64,000 bases of DNA from a virus (IMGVR_UViG_3300028887_000066:115550-179549), one strand, 5' to 3'; numbered from the stretch's first letter, positions 10,242 through 21,141 are shown. Program-made: numbers and translations. The notes: generated from the letters alone by a model not told the origin.

Positions 10242-11813
10242 TTACTTTTTTTTTAAACCCAATGATTCTTTTAAGACATTCATCACACTATCGGTGAGCA
10301 TATCCACAACCTCATCAAATGGTGCTGAACTACCAATCTTCTGACCGTATTTTTCACTGCCCTTTGCTGAATCATCATTGAAATCCCTGTCTGCCGTACC
10401 CTTCATAACTTCCTTATTGTCGGGAGTCGTCATAGGTTCTTTGCCATATTTAGGGTGCTTACCCCAAGCATCCAATTTCGTTACTTCCTCTTTAACGATT
10501 TTGTCTATGCTTTCCTGAAGCTTTGATTCCTTGATGGCTGTTTTTTTGCTATCCTCGAATATTTTACTGCATACGTTTTCTACAATGGTGTCAATGGCCT
10601 TCTTTTGGGATTCATTCATTTTATCCCAAGTAAGAACCTCTCCGTTTCCATGAGGCCCGTCCAATGCTTCCACGTCTTCGGCTTCAGGTTTTGTATTTTC
10701 GGAATTTTCATCCATTTTGTCACAAGTTTGTACATCAAGTGAACCATCAGGGCCTGTAAGCACTTCATTATCACCTGAAATAAGACTTTCGAACTCTTCC
10801 ATAAGAGAATCTAAGTCAGAATCGTTTCCAGTACCAACAATGTCATCACCTACTTCTGACGCAGATTCAGGCTCAACATCATCTATCTGTGCATTACCGA
10901 ATTCTTCTACTGCATCAGGTTCGGGATATGTTTCCTCTTCACCCTGATCATAGAAATTTTCTTCGGCTGGCATACCTGCACCACCTATTGCATCATCATC
11001 AGGATATTCAATATCGAAATCATCATCACCAAATGACTCATTAACCATTACGGCTTTAGCCCCCTTTGGATTTTTATCAGCTACGCCATCACCGTCAAGA
11101 TCATCATGAGTAAGTTCATAATCTTTATTCGGATCGCCGCTATCAGTAGCTTTCTTAGGAGCTTTGTCTGATGTTAACTGTTGCTCAACACCTTTGTCGG
11201 CATCAGTATAGTCACTGTTAGCCTTTTTGGGGTCTGTTTCGCTTGCAACGCTGTCCTTATCCAATGTAGCTTTTGCTTTCTCGTCAAATGGCTCATTGTT
11301 TTTCTCTGTGTCAGCGCCAGTTGATTTTCCCTTACTTTCAGCATCGCCATGATTACCAATATTGTCCTTGATTCCCATACCACCTGAATTCTCCATAATC
11401 TGATGGAGACGGTCAAGTTCCTTTCTTGCGTCCTCTGTCAATGTAGCATATGTCTTCTGACTTCTGTCGAAATCAACAGTTGATACATCCTTGTGAACAC
11501 CATAAGCCTCATTAAGAGCCATCATCTTGAGTTCAAGGTGTTTTGTGGCCTCATTGTAGCTTTTGTATTCTGTTTCCTTACGGTTATTAAAACCGTTGAT
11601 ATAGTCATATGATTCAGAGATATTCTCTTTACCTTTCTCGGTTGTCTTGATATAGTATTTTGTACCTTCCTTGAGAATACCGTAAATCTTTCCATCAGCA
11701 CCTTCAGTGTGATATTCCAAGTGTCCGCTATTACTGTTTTTACCTTCATTAACAGGCATACGATAACCCATCAGATACTCCATACGAGACAGTTGTTCAT
11801 CAAACTTTCCCAT
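10242..11813 (-). CDS. Hypothetical acidic head-associated protein
   Basis: 523 aa, D/E-rich, several xNE/xxE sites; ends LKKK-stop on a slippery sequence. Confidence 0.7.
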   Translation of the reverse strand: MGKFDEQLSRMEYLMGYRMPVNEGKNSNSGHLEYHTEGADGKIYGILKEGTKYYIKTTEKGKENISESYDYINGFNNRKETEYKSYNEATKHLELKMMALNEAYGVHKDVSTVDFDRSQKTYATLTEDARKELDRLHQIMENSGGMGIKDNIGNHGDAESKGKSTGADTEKNNEPFDEKAKATLDKDSVASETDPKKANSDYTDADKGVEQQLTSDKAPKKATDSGDPNKDYELTHDDLDGDGVADKNPKGAKAVMVNESFGDDDFDIEYPDDDAIGGAGMPAEENFYDQGEEETYPEPDAVEEFGNAQIDDVEPESASEVGDDIVGTGNDSDLDSLMEEFESLISGDNEVLTGPDGSLDVQTCDKMDENSENTKPEAEDVEALDGPHGNGEVLTWDKMNESQKKAIDTIVENVCSKIFEDSKKTAIKESKLQESIDKIVKEEVTKLDAWGKHPKYGKEPMTTPDNKEVMKGTADRDFNDDSAKGSEKYGQKIGSSAPFDEVVDMLTDSVMNVLKESLGLKKK

Positions 11814-11876
11814 TATATTATTTTGATTTTTATAATCATGATTATTTTATTATAAATACGCACTAACAATAAAAAA

Positions 11877-12788
11877 TTAGCCTATGGATTTCAATTTATC
11901 ATATGTCTTAGCTTTTAAATCCAACAAAATATCCAAATAGCCAAGTCTGCGTAAAAATTTATATATTACATTATACGGATGCATTTCGCCTCGCGCTTTT
12001 AATCCCTCTTTTCTTAATCCCTTTAAAATATCAAATGTTCCTTTAACCTTTTTTGAAAGTAATCTCAGTTCAGCATCATCATCTGTTTCATCAACCTGTT
12101 TTTTTAAAGAAGTAATAATCTTAATGTATTTCATCGTTTTTTCTTTAATGAAATACTTGTCCAACTTTATAGCCTTGATATTATCCTTTACAGGTTCAAC
12201 CACCCATTCGTTTCTATTAAGAGAATAAACCCCTGATGCCGTATGTTCTTCATTCGTATCCTGCACATACACCTCTACAGGAAAGCCATATATCTTCAGA
12301 TTTTCATGAACATTATTCCATTCATTTTTCTTAGTATTGAAGTATTCTCTTACAAAATCTGTTCTCTCATCGACCTTGCTAAAATCTATTAAGATATGAA
12401 GGTCAAAATCCGAAAAACGTGACCAATTATAGTTAGCCAATGACCCAGTAAGAATAATATCAGAAACATTAACCCACCCAACATTTAATGACTCGATGAA
12501 ATCATCGGCAATATCTAATAGCCTTAAACGCACTTTTGAGTTTATCTTTCCTCCTATCCATATCTTAGGATTAAGCTCGTTTTGCGGTCTGAATGAAGAT
12601 AGGCTGAGTTGCTTCAACAAATCACCCTTTGTAATTGAAAATATCCCATTATCGGTTAAATCATCCTCCTTTAACCCTCCGAGATAATTTCCCAATTCTT
12701 CATCAATTATATGGGCATCCTTGTCAAAGTCATTAAAACGGCTTAACTTGAATTTATACCTATTGTTAAAATCGAAATTCCCAGCCAT
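11877..12788 (-). CDS. Pol-beta-superfamily nucleotidyltransferase
   Basis: LTGSLANYNWSRFSDFDLH (hG[GS]x9-13DhDh) plus VEVYVQD. Confidence 0.8.
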   Translation of the reverse strand: MAGNFDFNNRYKFKLSRFNDFDKDAHIIDEELGNYLGGLKEDDLTDNGIFSITKGDLLKQLSLSSFRPQNELNPKIWIGGKINSKVRLRLLDIADDFIESLNVGWVNVSDIILTGSLANYNWSRFSDFDLHILIDFSKVDERTDFVREYFNTKKNEWNNVHENLKIYGFPVEVYVQDTNEEHTASGVYSLNRNEWVVEPVKDNIKAIKLDKYFIKEKTMKYIKIITSLKKQVDETDDDAELRLLSKKVKGTFDILKGLRKEGLKARGEMHPYNVIYKFLRRLGYLDILLDLKAKTYDKLKSIG

Positions 12789-12800
12789 ATTTCTTATTGT

Positions 12801-13187
12801 TTAATGTACAAACGTTCTAAGATAATTCCATGTATTGATGTCCGTCATAAAATCATCAAGTACATTTTGTATACCATTGTGTTCAGAAACGTCACCGACT
12901 TTTTCCTTAAATGAAAGCACATCTTCTTTCATTTCCTTCAGCATGTCAGCCAATGATGTGGCATTTGGAAGCAATGTCTTCAAATCACCGACACCAAATC
13001 TTGTATCAAGGCAACCCATTACGGTTTCAGCCACCTTATCTTCATAACTTAACACTTGCTGATTAATATTGTCAATCAATACGTGTTCAGAATTAGTCGC
13101 AGCCGCCCAATGAAGTTCATGCCCTCTCTGTATATATCCTTCAAGCATTGAGAGGAATTCTTTTGTATTGTTTTTTAAATTAGCCAT
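12801..13187 (-). CDS. Ferritin/Dps-like four-helix protein (DUF5856-like)
   Basis: HELHW...EHVLID...EDKVAE spacing typical of phage ferritin-like proteins. Confidence 0.6.
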   Translation of the reverse strand: MANLKNNTKEFLSMLEGYIQRGHELHWAAATNSEHVLIDNINQQVLSYEDKVAETVMGCLDTRFGVGDLKTLLPNATSLADMLKEMKEDVLSFKEKVGDVSEHNGIQNVLDDFMTDINTWNYLRTFVH

Positions 13188-13260
13188 TTTCAATAGTATT
13201 TACTAATATAAATATCACATAAAACAACAAAACCTCAATATTTAATATAAAATAGGCACA

Positions 13261-13647
13261 ATGCAAATGGCAAACAAAAATATATTCCTTACTGAAAAGC
13301 AAATAAAACAAATAAAGGAAAGCAGGAAAATGCCCAAATGGAATGTCGAGCCACAAAAAGTCTTAGTAATAAAAAAATATCTTGACAACGGTTTTAAACG
13401 AGGCACAATAAGCGGGCTTGGGGAAGATGGCTATCCAAAAGACATTAAAATAGTGGCTATGCTTTCAAGTAATGGCACACCGTTAAAAAATATGACGGCC
13501 ATTCAGTTATTCTACCTTCTTCAGGACAGATTCTCAAAAATTTATCCCGATAAAAAACAAAGAGATGAATTCCTTTGGGAAGTAATGAATGATTGGTATG
13601 ATGAAAAAATAAGTAAAAACGGACTTTTATCAAAAAACAAATACTAA
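13261..13647 (+). CDS. Hypothetical protein with IFLTEKQI motif
   Basis: 128-aa ORF with A-rich start context. Confidence 0.6.
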   Translation: MQMANKNIFLTEKQIKQIKESRKMPKWNVEPQKVLVIKKYLDNGFKRGTISGLGEDGYPKDIKIVAMLSSNGTPLKNMTAIQLFYLLQDRFSKIYPDKKQRDEFLWEVMNDWYDEKISKNGLLSKNKY

Positions 13648-13677
13648 AAAATGAGAGGGTTAAAATTCCCTCTCATT

Positions 13678-16230
13678 TTATTTTATATTAATTTCATCAT
13701 TTTCCACAAATAATCGGATTACTCTATTTTCTTCATTTTCCAATATGTAATCGGCTAATTTATTCTCTATCTTAGTTTGTATAGTTCTTATAATTGGCCT
13801 CGCGCCATATTCTTTTTCGCTATCCACAAATTTAAATATGAATTCCGTTACATCTTCTCCATATTTTACGGTATAGCCAATTTCCGAAACCCTTTTTACG
13901 AGTTTACCCATCTCCAAATCAATGATTTTCTTTATACTGTCAGAACCAAGATCATTATAATAAATTATATCATCCAGACGATTTATGAATTCAGGAGGAA
14001 ACTTATTCTTCAATTCCTTTTTGATAATATCCTTCTTGTTAATTGATTCATTAACGACAAATCCCATCGTTGAATGATTTGATGCTTTTTTTGCTCCGAC
14101 ATTTGATGTCAGGAGTATTATCGTGTTCTTGAAATCTACTCTGTTTCCCATATTGTCAGTGAGAAAACCATCATCAAATACTTGGAGAAAAATATTGTAT
14201 ACCTCGTCATCGGCTTTTTCTATTTCATCAATAAGCAAAACGGCATGTTTTTTATTTTTTATCGCTTCTGTAAGTAATCCGCCGTTTTCATAACCGACAT
14301 ATCCAGCATTTGAACCTATGAGCTTATTTACTGATGTTTTATCTGCATATTCAGACATGTCAAACCTTACAAGATATTTTTCATCACCGAATATCTCCTT
14401 TGCCAACATTTTAGCTGTCAGTGTTTTACCAACGCCTGAGTTTCCCAATAATAATGCCGTATATGTCGGTCTATTAGTCGGGAACAATCCTATCTTACTT
14501 CTTTTAATAGCATTGGTTATTGATATTATTGCTTCATCCTGTCCGATTATGTTAGCTCTTAGAACTTTATCTATATTTGCTACTGACTTCTTTTCGGAGA
14601 TATTTATCTTTTCCACTGGAATATTTGTATGGGAGGCTACTGTTTCGTAAAGGTCGAGCATTGTAACAGTCCGCTCTTCATTTGTGGGGTTTTCTGATTT
14701 TGCAATACCATTGACTATTTCACTATTAAGTTCAATAATTCTTGCTTCTAATTCTTTGGCCTCATTTATCTGATCGGTTCTAATGCAAATATCCTTCTTA
14801 CTCTTCAGTAAAGCGACCTCACGCATTTTAGTATTGATGCCAGTACTATTTTTTAATTTTAATTTCCTGAACGCTCCTGTTTCATCCAAAATGTCAATAG
14901 CTGATGAAGGCAATGATATTTCGGGTATATATCTCTTTGACAACTTCACGCATGCAGATAAGACATCATCTGAATATGTTACTTTATGATATTGCTCATA
15001 ATATGATTTTATATTGGTCAAAATCTGTAATGTTTCATCCTCATTAGTCCCTTCTATGGCTACTTTTTGAAATTTACGCATTATATTCTGTCCTGATTGC
15101 AAAATTGTCTTATAGCCCTTTTCATTAGTCGCCAATATCAATTTTACACTATTGTCTGAAATATTCTCCTCGATAAGTTCAATAAAACTATAATCATCGT
15201 TTTTTCTGTCATTTATCAATGAATGAGCATCATCTATAAATAAAACAGAATTCTTAATGTTTTTAAGTTCGTTGAATACCTTTCCGACCCTCTCTTCAAA
15301 CATTCCCCTTAAATTTGTGCCTGAAATTAATTCATTGACATTAAGGCAAAAGAATTTATAATCTATGAGAGAAACAGGGGCTGTCCTTTCCTGTACCATT
15401 TTTGCAAGCCCTTCGACAAGAGCAGTTTTTCCTACACCCGATTTTCCGACAAGTATTACATTATTGCACTTTCTTCTTGCAAATACCTTTTCTATATTAG
15501 CAATCTCCTTTTTACGCCCTATAATAGGGTCTATTTTTCCATTTTCCGCTAATTTATTAAGATTTTTACAATATTGTATCTGAGTCTTTACGCTTTTCTT
15601 TTGCTCCTTGTTTATCTCATTCAATAAAGAAGGAACTGCCCCCTGAAGAACATCTTTTATTTCGTTAGTATCTCCACCTTCTGATATTATCGTAATGCCA
15701 GCTATTGTCATTGGCTTCTCCGTATTAGAAGGCTCGTTTATGTTTTCTGTTATTTCATGCAGTTTCTTCACTTTTTCGAATAACGTATCATAAGTAAGAC
15801 CGTTTTCCGTAAATGCTTTCTTTACTTTCGTATCTTGTTGGTCAGCCAATATTGATAAAAGTACATGGTCGGACGTTATCAGCTTTGAGCCTATTTTCTC
15901 TTTTTCATCGTATGATTTTGAAAGATACTTTGTAAATTCGGCTGAATAATCAATTGTGCGCCCTGGACGAATTGCGGACAATAAGGAATCCTGTACACTA
16001 AGATAAAACACATCGTGTATATTTCCTATTACAAATGTATTCAAAAAACTATTAACGGCCTTATAAAGCATACAATCACTTGTCTCCAATGCATACATAA
16101 GGAAAAAGTCCGTAGTTATCTCACTTACAGGGTTTTCAGATTGCATCGAAGACATCATATCACTGAGCAAACTATTAAGCTCATTTGAAAAATATTTCTT
16201 ATAATCTATAGATTTACGTATTGGCTGCAT
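13678..16230 (-). CDS. clpC: ClpA/ClpC-family AAA+ unfoldase
   Basis: Clp N-domain, NBD1 GKSGVGKT, NBD2 GNSGVGKT/IDEIEKA, GYVG pore loop, MGF ClpP-docking loop, YGARP. Confidence 0.88.
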   Translation of the reverse strand: MQPIRKSIDYKKYFSNELNSLLSDMMSSMQSENPVSEITTDFFLMYALETSDCMLYKAVNSFLNTFVIGNIHDVFYLSVQDSLLSAIRPGRTIDYSAEFTKYLSKSYDEKEKIGSKLITSDHVLLSILADQQDTKVKKAFTENGLTYDTLFEKVKKLHEITENINEPSNTEKPMTIAGITIISEGGDTNEIKDVLQGAVPSLLNEINKEQKKSVKTQIQYCKNLNKLAENGKIDPIIGRKKEIANIEKVFARRKCNNVILVGKSGVGKTALVEGLAKMVQERTAPVSLIDYKFFCLNVNELISGTNLRGMFEERVGKVFNELKNIKNSVLFIDDAHSLINDRKNDDYSFIELIEENISDNSVKLILATNEKGYKTILQSGQNIMRKFQKVAIEGTNEDETLQILTNIKSYYEQYHKVTYSDDVLSACVKLSKRYIPEISLPSSAIDILDETGAFRKLKLKNSTGINTKMREVALLKSKKDICIRTDQINEAKELEARIIELNSEIVNGIAKSENPTNEERTVTMLDLYETVASHTNIPVEKINISEKKSVANIDKVLRANIIGQDEAIISITNAIKRSKIGLFPTNRPTYTALLLGNSGVGKTLTAKMLAKEIFGDEKYLVRFDMSEYADKTSVNKLIGSNAGYVGYENGGLLTEAIKNKKHAVLLIDEIEKADDEVYNIFLQVFDDGFLTDNMGNRVDFKNTIILLTSNVGAKKASNHSTMGFVVNESINKKDIIKKELKNKFPPEFINRLDDIIYYNDLGSDSIKKIIDLEMGKLVKRVSEIGYTVKYGEDVTEFIFKFVDSEKEYGARPIIRTIQTKIENKLADYILENEENRVIRLFVENDEINIK

Positions 16231-16290
16231 TCAATCATTTACTTTCTTTAAAAATACGTTATTTTTCTCTAAAATAAATACTTTTGGACT

Positions 16291-16638
16291 ATGATTATTT
16301 GCAGGGATTATAATGAAGAAAAACGCCTTGACAAGGCTTGGTACAATTCATCCAATATACTTTATTCCGAATGTGACGACAATTTAAACGAATTAAAAAC
16401 TCTAAGGGTAACATTCAAAAACGGAGCCACTTACCAATATTCGGAAGTTGATGTTAACGATTATCTTATGTTTATGCATGGCGGTTTGGACGGATCAAAC
16501 GGAAAGGCATTAAATAAATATATAAAGCCAAAATGTAAATACGAAAGACTGTCAGATAAAAATGTTAATGAAATAAACGAGGAAATGGAAAAACTGTTAA
16601 AAGAACAGGCAGAAAAAAAGAAAAATACCATTTCATAA
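16291..16638 (+). CDS. KTSC-domain protein
   Basis: SSNI...LRVTFKNGATYQY...SNGKALNKYIK. Confidence 0.75.
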   Translation: MIICRDYNEEKRLDKAWYNSSNILYSECDDNLNELKTLRVTFKNGATYQYSEVDVNDYLMFMHGGLDGSNGKALNKYIKPKCKYERLSDKNVNEINEEMEKLLKEQAEKKKNTIS

Positions 16639-16697
16639 TTTATTTTTATAACAATTCATGTATTTATAGGTGAATAGAGGAAAGTATCCTCACAGAA

Positions 16698-16994
16698 ATG
16701 ATGAAAGAGCAATTATTAACCATGTGGCAAATGCTGATACACACATGTGTATTCCAACCATTCAGTATCGTATCAGGTTCGATGCTTACGTTTGCGACTA
16801 TTGCGTGGATGTCTATGTATCATTCTGTTCTTACGACAATGTGGTTATGCCCACTACTAGTTTTAGGTATCTATTTTTCAATAGCATTGATAAATTGTAA
16901 AATACTGCATTTGGTAAAAAGGTATGACTTGAAATGCTATACTATGGGATTTGTATTGGGATGCGCTTGGATTGTGTTATTAATGTCACTTTAG
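16698..16994 (+). CDS. Small membrane protein
   Basis: Three hydrophobic segments; TATTTAT motif upstream. Confidence 0.5.
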   Translation: MMKEQLLTMWQMLIHTCVFQPFSIVSGSMLTFATIAWMSMYHSVLTTMWLCPLLVLGIYFSIALINCKILHLVKRYDLKCYTMGFVLGCAWIVLLMSL

Positions 16995-17026
16995 AAAAGA
17001 AATAAAAAAACCGCTTCTGATTTACA

Positions 17027-17983
17027 TCAGATAGCGGTATTATTTTGCCCCTTCATTTCATGAAATAGCTTTTCAGCCTCGTCGATATTGTATGTATCAC
17101 TTTGTTTCATCAACTCGACACTAAAATCGAGAGTTTGTTTTCCTTCCCTTGGAGCCTTGTTTTTGAATTTTTCGTCAGCTTTTTCATCGTATATTTCATC
17201 AAGCAGGTCTTTACCATCATAAACAATATCGGCAGTAAACTTTAACACATAGTCTCCATCAAACTTTACAATATTGTCGAATTCAATGTTATTATATTCA
17301 TACAATTTCAAATCATCAGTACCAAAAGCTCTGAATGATATAAATTTAACCCCATTGAAATCAACGATTTCAGACTTTACATCACCCTGATAAACCCTGT
17401 CTAATTCATTAAGGAATACCCTATGTATCTTATCAAATTGTTTTTGATATATAGGAGTGTAGAAATCAAGCATTACCGCCGTTTCATTTATTCTTTTTAC
17501 GACAAGTTTTGTTGTATACTCCTCAATTCTTAACTTTGGAATGTAGTCACGAATGACATCTAATGTATATTCTTTCTTTTCCTTCAAACGATAGTCATCT
17601 TCGTTTATATTGTCTGTCAGAGTACCAGCGTCCTCAATATTTGGCTGAAGAAGTTGTATTTCAAATCCGTCTGAATTTTCGATTTTCCCATTATATGTAA
17701 AAAAATCATTTTTAATTCTTGCAACGCCATTTCCAATGTATTCATATTTATGGGAGGCACGTTCAGAATAGTACATTTCATGCCTTAGTTCCTTAACTTC
17801 CTGTGTCACTTCACCCCTTAACAGATCCTTATAGACACTATCTTGTTCATCATGACGCTCTATAGGCAACCACCCACTATCCAACTCATTCTTATTACCA
17901 AATGCGACCTTATCAGCAGAGCGGAGACCCCAAAATAGATATATTGCAATGGTTCTGAAGAAATTCTTGAATTTTTCTATCAT
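17027..17983 (-). CDS. Hypothetical protein
   Basis: 318-aa ORF in a tight operon with clpX. Confidence 0.7.
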   Translation of the reverse strand: MIEKFKNFFRTIAIYLFWGLRSADKVAFGNKNELDSGWLPIERHDEQDSVYKDLLRGEVTQEVKELRHEMYYSERASHKYEYIGNGVARIKNDFFTYNGKIENSDGFEIQLLQPNIEDAGTLTDNINEDDYRLKEKKEYTLDVIRDYIPKLRIEEYTTKLVVKRINETAVMLDFYTPIYQKQFDKIHRVFLNELDRVYQGDVKSEIVDFNGVKFISFRAFGTDDLKLYEYNNIEFDNIVKFDGDYVLKFTADIVYDGKDLLDEIYDEKADEKFKNKAPREGKQTLDFSVELMKQSDTYNIDEAEKLFHEMKGQNNTAI

Positions 17984-17984
17984 T

Positions 17985-18218
17985 TCACATAAGGCTATTT
18001 AATCTATTCTCTATTTCCATGAGAATAGTTTTTTTATAATTGTCGTATTTTTTTAGTTTTTCTTTTGCGTCATTATACTCAATTGTATATGTATGCTCAT
18101 TAGCTCTTGCTAAATTATCATATTCAGAAACTAATAAACAAGCCATTTTATATAAAGTGTATAGACTTTCTAAAGAAAACTCAACAAATTTCGTGCCATT
18201 CTTGCCTTTTGCAGCCAT
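17985..18218 (-). CDS. Hypothetical protein
   Basis: 77-aa ORF packed between neighbours. Confidence 0.65.
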   Translation of the reverse strand: MAAKGKNGTKFVEFSLESLYTLYKMACLLVSEYDNLARANEHTYTIEYNDAKEKLKKYDNYKKTILMEIENRLNSLM

Positions 18219-18221
18219 AAT

Positions 18222-19340
18222 TTATGCAGTTTTTCTCAATTTCTTATATCTTTCAGGATATTTGTCCTGTACCATTTCCTTTGTAATTCTCACATCAACG
18301 GACTTTCCGTTATTTGCTGCCACGTTTTTAGGTGTATTGTACATGACATCATCCATCACTTTTTCGACAACGGAACGTAAACCTCTTGCACCTGTTTCCA
18401 TATCGTATGCAATGTCGGCAATTTCCATAAGGGCATCTTCATCAAATTTAAGATTCGCACCATCCATTGCAAGAAGTTCAGTATACTGTTTTACAAGTGA
18501 GTTTTTAGGTTCTTTTAGAATCCGAACCAATTCCTCCCGTCCAAGCTTTCCGACATGCGCAATCACAGGAAAACGTCCGACGAATTCGGGAATAAAACCA
18601 TAACTTTTCAAGTCTTGTGGAGTTACTTTACTCAACAAATCATCAGTAGTGTTTATCTCCATTTTTTCTACGTTAAAACCTATTCTCTGCGCACCAATAC
18701 GCTTTTTTATTACATCTTCAAGCCCAACGAATGCGCCGATTCCAATAAAAAGGATATTTGTCGTATCAAGATATATAAGTTGCTGTTCAGGGTGTTTTCT
18801 CCCTCCTGCTGGTGGAACTCCAACCAAGTCACCCTCAACCATCTTCAAAAAACATTGTTGCACACATTCACCAGATACGTCACGGGTGATTGACGGGCCC
18901 GCCTCTTTCTTTGCAATCTTGTCAATTTCATCTAATACGACAATTCCAAGCTGTGCCTTTTGAATATCGTAGTTACATGAACGCAATAATCCAACAAGAC
19001 ATTCTTCTACATCAGCTCCGACATATCCTGCTGCTGTATAACTGCTTGCATTACCTATTGTAAAACCAACACCAAGAAGTTCTGCAATCTTCTTTATCAT
19101 ATAAGTTTTACCGCCTCCACTCTGTCCTAATATAATAGTGTTTGATTTGTCCAACTCGACACCTGTACGCTGTGTCTGACTATTATAAATTATCTTTTTG
19201 TAGTGATTATAAACAGCCACTGACAATGTTCTTTTAGCCTCTTCCTGTCCGACAATATACTGATCAAGATAAGCTTTAATCTCATCAGGACGCATCAAAT
19301 TTACTTTTTCCGTACTTTCAGTCTCTTTTTTCTTTCCCAT
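18222..19340 (-). CDS. clpX: ClpX ATPase lacking the N-terminal zinc-binding domain
   Basis: LSVAVYNHYK, AGYVG, LDEIDKI, ITRDVSGE, GGRKHP, IGF loop, TGARGLR. Confidence 0.95.
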   Translation of the reverse strand: MGKKKETESTEKVNLMRPDEIKAYLDQYIVGQEEAKRTLSVAVYNHYKKIIYNSQTQRTGVELDKSNTIILGQSGGGKTYMIKKIAELLGVGFTIGNASSYTAAGYVGADVEECLVGLLRSCNYDIQKAQLGIVVLDEIDKIAKKEAGPSITRDVSGECVQQCFLKMVEGDLVGVPPAGGRKHPEQQLIYLDTTNILFIGIGAFVGLEDVIKKRIGAQRIGFNVEKMEINTTDDLLSKVTPQDLKSYGFIPEFVGRFPVIAHVGKLGREELVRILKEPKNSLVKQYTELLAMDGANLKFDEDALMEIADIAYDMETGARGLRSVVEKVMDDVMYNTPKNVAANNGKSVDVRITKEMVQDKYPERYKKLRKTA

Positions 19341-19374
19341 TATAAATTATTTCAAATTGTGTAACAAATATACA

Positions 19375-21141
19375 TTATTTTAGCATAACAGCAAATTTGC
19401 TTGCTGCTTTTTTTTTGTTTCTCTTAGTAACTGTATTTTTTTCCTCATTATCGTCTTGCCCAAGAACTTTTGGCTGTGCCAACGTAATATTAGCCACCGT
19501 TTCATCGTGATTTAGCTTTTTCCGCATATATTCCACCTGTGCTTTCATATTAGAAGGTTCAAACAATGAACTGCTATAGCCAAATGTTTTTTTCTCCTCT
19601 TCTATAAAATTCAAAGTCTTCTTAGCTCTAGTATATGCAACATACATTAGGTTTTTCTCAGTTTTAACTTCCCAATCCTTTTTTGCGTATTTGCTCGGCA
19701 TCAATGATGGATACAAAATAAATACATTATCCGCTTCAAGACCTTTTGCCTTATGCACCGTCGAAAGCTGAATAGCGTCTTTTTCAGTACCGCTGAATAT
19801 CACATTTATTTTGTCTACAAGTTCATCTACAGTAGTTAGTCCTTCTGATACAACACGGATACCCTCTATGGTGTCAAACATTGAATAAACACTTGTGTGC
19901 ATTATAGCATCGTCATCATCCAAACCGAAATCACGTTTTACAATATCTATTTGTTCCAAAAGTCCCTCATACATTTTCGGAAACAAACCGTTTTTAGTTG
20001 TGCAGCTCTTATCTATTATCTTTGCTAATGTTGAATTGATCAATTGGATGTATTTTTCTTTGATATTATCAAACCCCATTACATATGACTTCTTGTTGAC
20101 CCTAATATATTGAAGATGTAAATCTACCAACGGAGCCGTATTCCTGCATAATACCATATCATTTGAAGTGGGTGAATATTTTGATACACCATATTTTATC
20201 TCACCATCAATGGCGTTGTCGGCCGCAACTATATTATCAGAAAAGTTTTTTGCCAAATCGACCACTTTTTTCGGGCATCTGTATGTAATTGGAAGAGTGA
20301 ATAAATTAGTGTTAGGGTATTTTCCAAAATTGTTAATAGCTTCTTCGGAACTGCCACACCATACATTAATTTGCTGAAATTGATCACATACTACAATGAA
20401 TCTTGCCCCTCTCTTAAAACACTTGTCTATTATATTTTGCTCGGCTATTGAGGTATCCTGTGCCTCATCGATAAGTATCCAGTCAAAAAGATATTTTTTT
20501 GTTAGAAGATTAAGTACATTTGGTAGCCATATCATATCCGTATAATCGATTTGGGAAATATTTTCCTTTCCCCACTTTAATACTTCTCTGCATACGTCCA
20601 CCTCATCCCTTAATAGTACCAAACCATATTTATCACTGATTCTTTTTATCTCTTTTTCAGTAAAAGCTAAATAATATCTGGAATATTCTACTAAATCAAT
20701 AATATTGTTTATGTATAATATCCTATTTTTAGATAAACTTTTAGTTTCTTTATAACATGTAATATTATCTATATTATTTTTAATATAATTCCTGTATTTG
20801 AATTCATTTATAAAATTATCTTCATGTTCATGATTATCATGTAAATTTTCTTTTAATATAGAATAGCCAAGGGAATGAAACGTTGAAATTTTTGTGTTTT
20901 TTCTCTCACCAACTCTCTTCCTAATACTTTCAACAATATCTTTGTTAAATGCTATAAACAATATCTTTTTATTTTCATCAATAAGATTGATGCAATTTAT
21001 GATTGTTGTACTTTTTGCCGCTCCCGCCGCAGCACTTATGATCATATTGCCAACACCATGTTCGACATTATCAAATATCCTGCATTGATATTCTGAGGCC
21101 CTAAATTCCTTCTCACCGTACTTTATGGTATATTCTTTCAT
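19375..21141 (-). CDS. UvrD/Rep-family SF1 helicase
   Basis: AFNK, STFHSLG, LIDEAQD, TYRCP, STVHKAKGLE, YVAYTRAK. Confidence 0.9.
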   Translation of the reverse strand: MKEYTIKYGEKEFRASEYQCRIFDNVEHGVGNMIISAAAGAAKSTTIINCINLIDENKKILFIAFNKDIVESIRKRVGERKNTKISTFHSLGYSILKENLHDNHEHEDNFINEFKYRNYIKNNIDNITCYKETKSLSKNRILYINNIIDLVEYSRYYLAFTEKEIKRISDKYGLVLLRDEVDVCREVLKWGKENISQIDYTDMIWLPNVLNLLTKKYLFDWILIDEAQDTSIAEQNIIDKCFKRGARFIVVCDQFQQINVWCGSSEEAINNFGKYPNTNLFTLPITYRCPKKVVDLAKNFSDNIVAADNAIDGEIKYGVSKYSPTSNDMVLCRNTAPLVDLHLQYIRVNKKSYVMGFDNIKEKYIQLINSTLAKIIDKSCTTKNGLFPKMYEGLLEQIDIVKRDFGLDDDDAIMHTSVYSMFDTIEGIRVVSEGLTTVDELVDKINVIFSGTEKDAIQLSTVHKAKGLEADNVFILYPSLMPSKYAKKDWEVKTEKNLMYVAYTRAKKTLNFIEEEKKTFGYSSSLFEPSNMKAQVEYMRKKLNHDETVANITLAQPKVLGQDDNEEKNTVTKRNKKKAASKFAVMLK

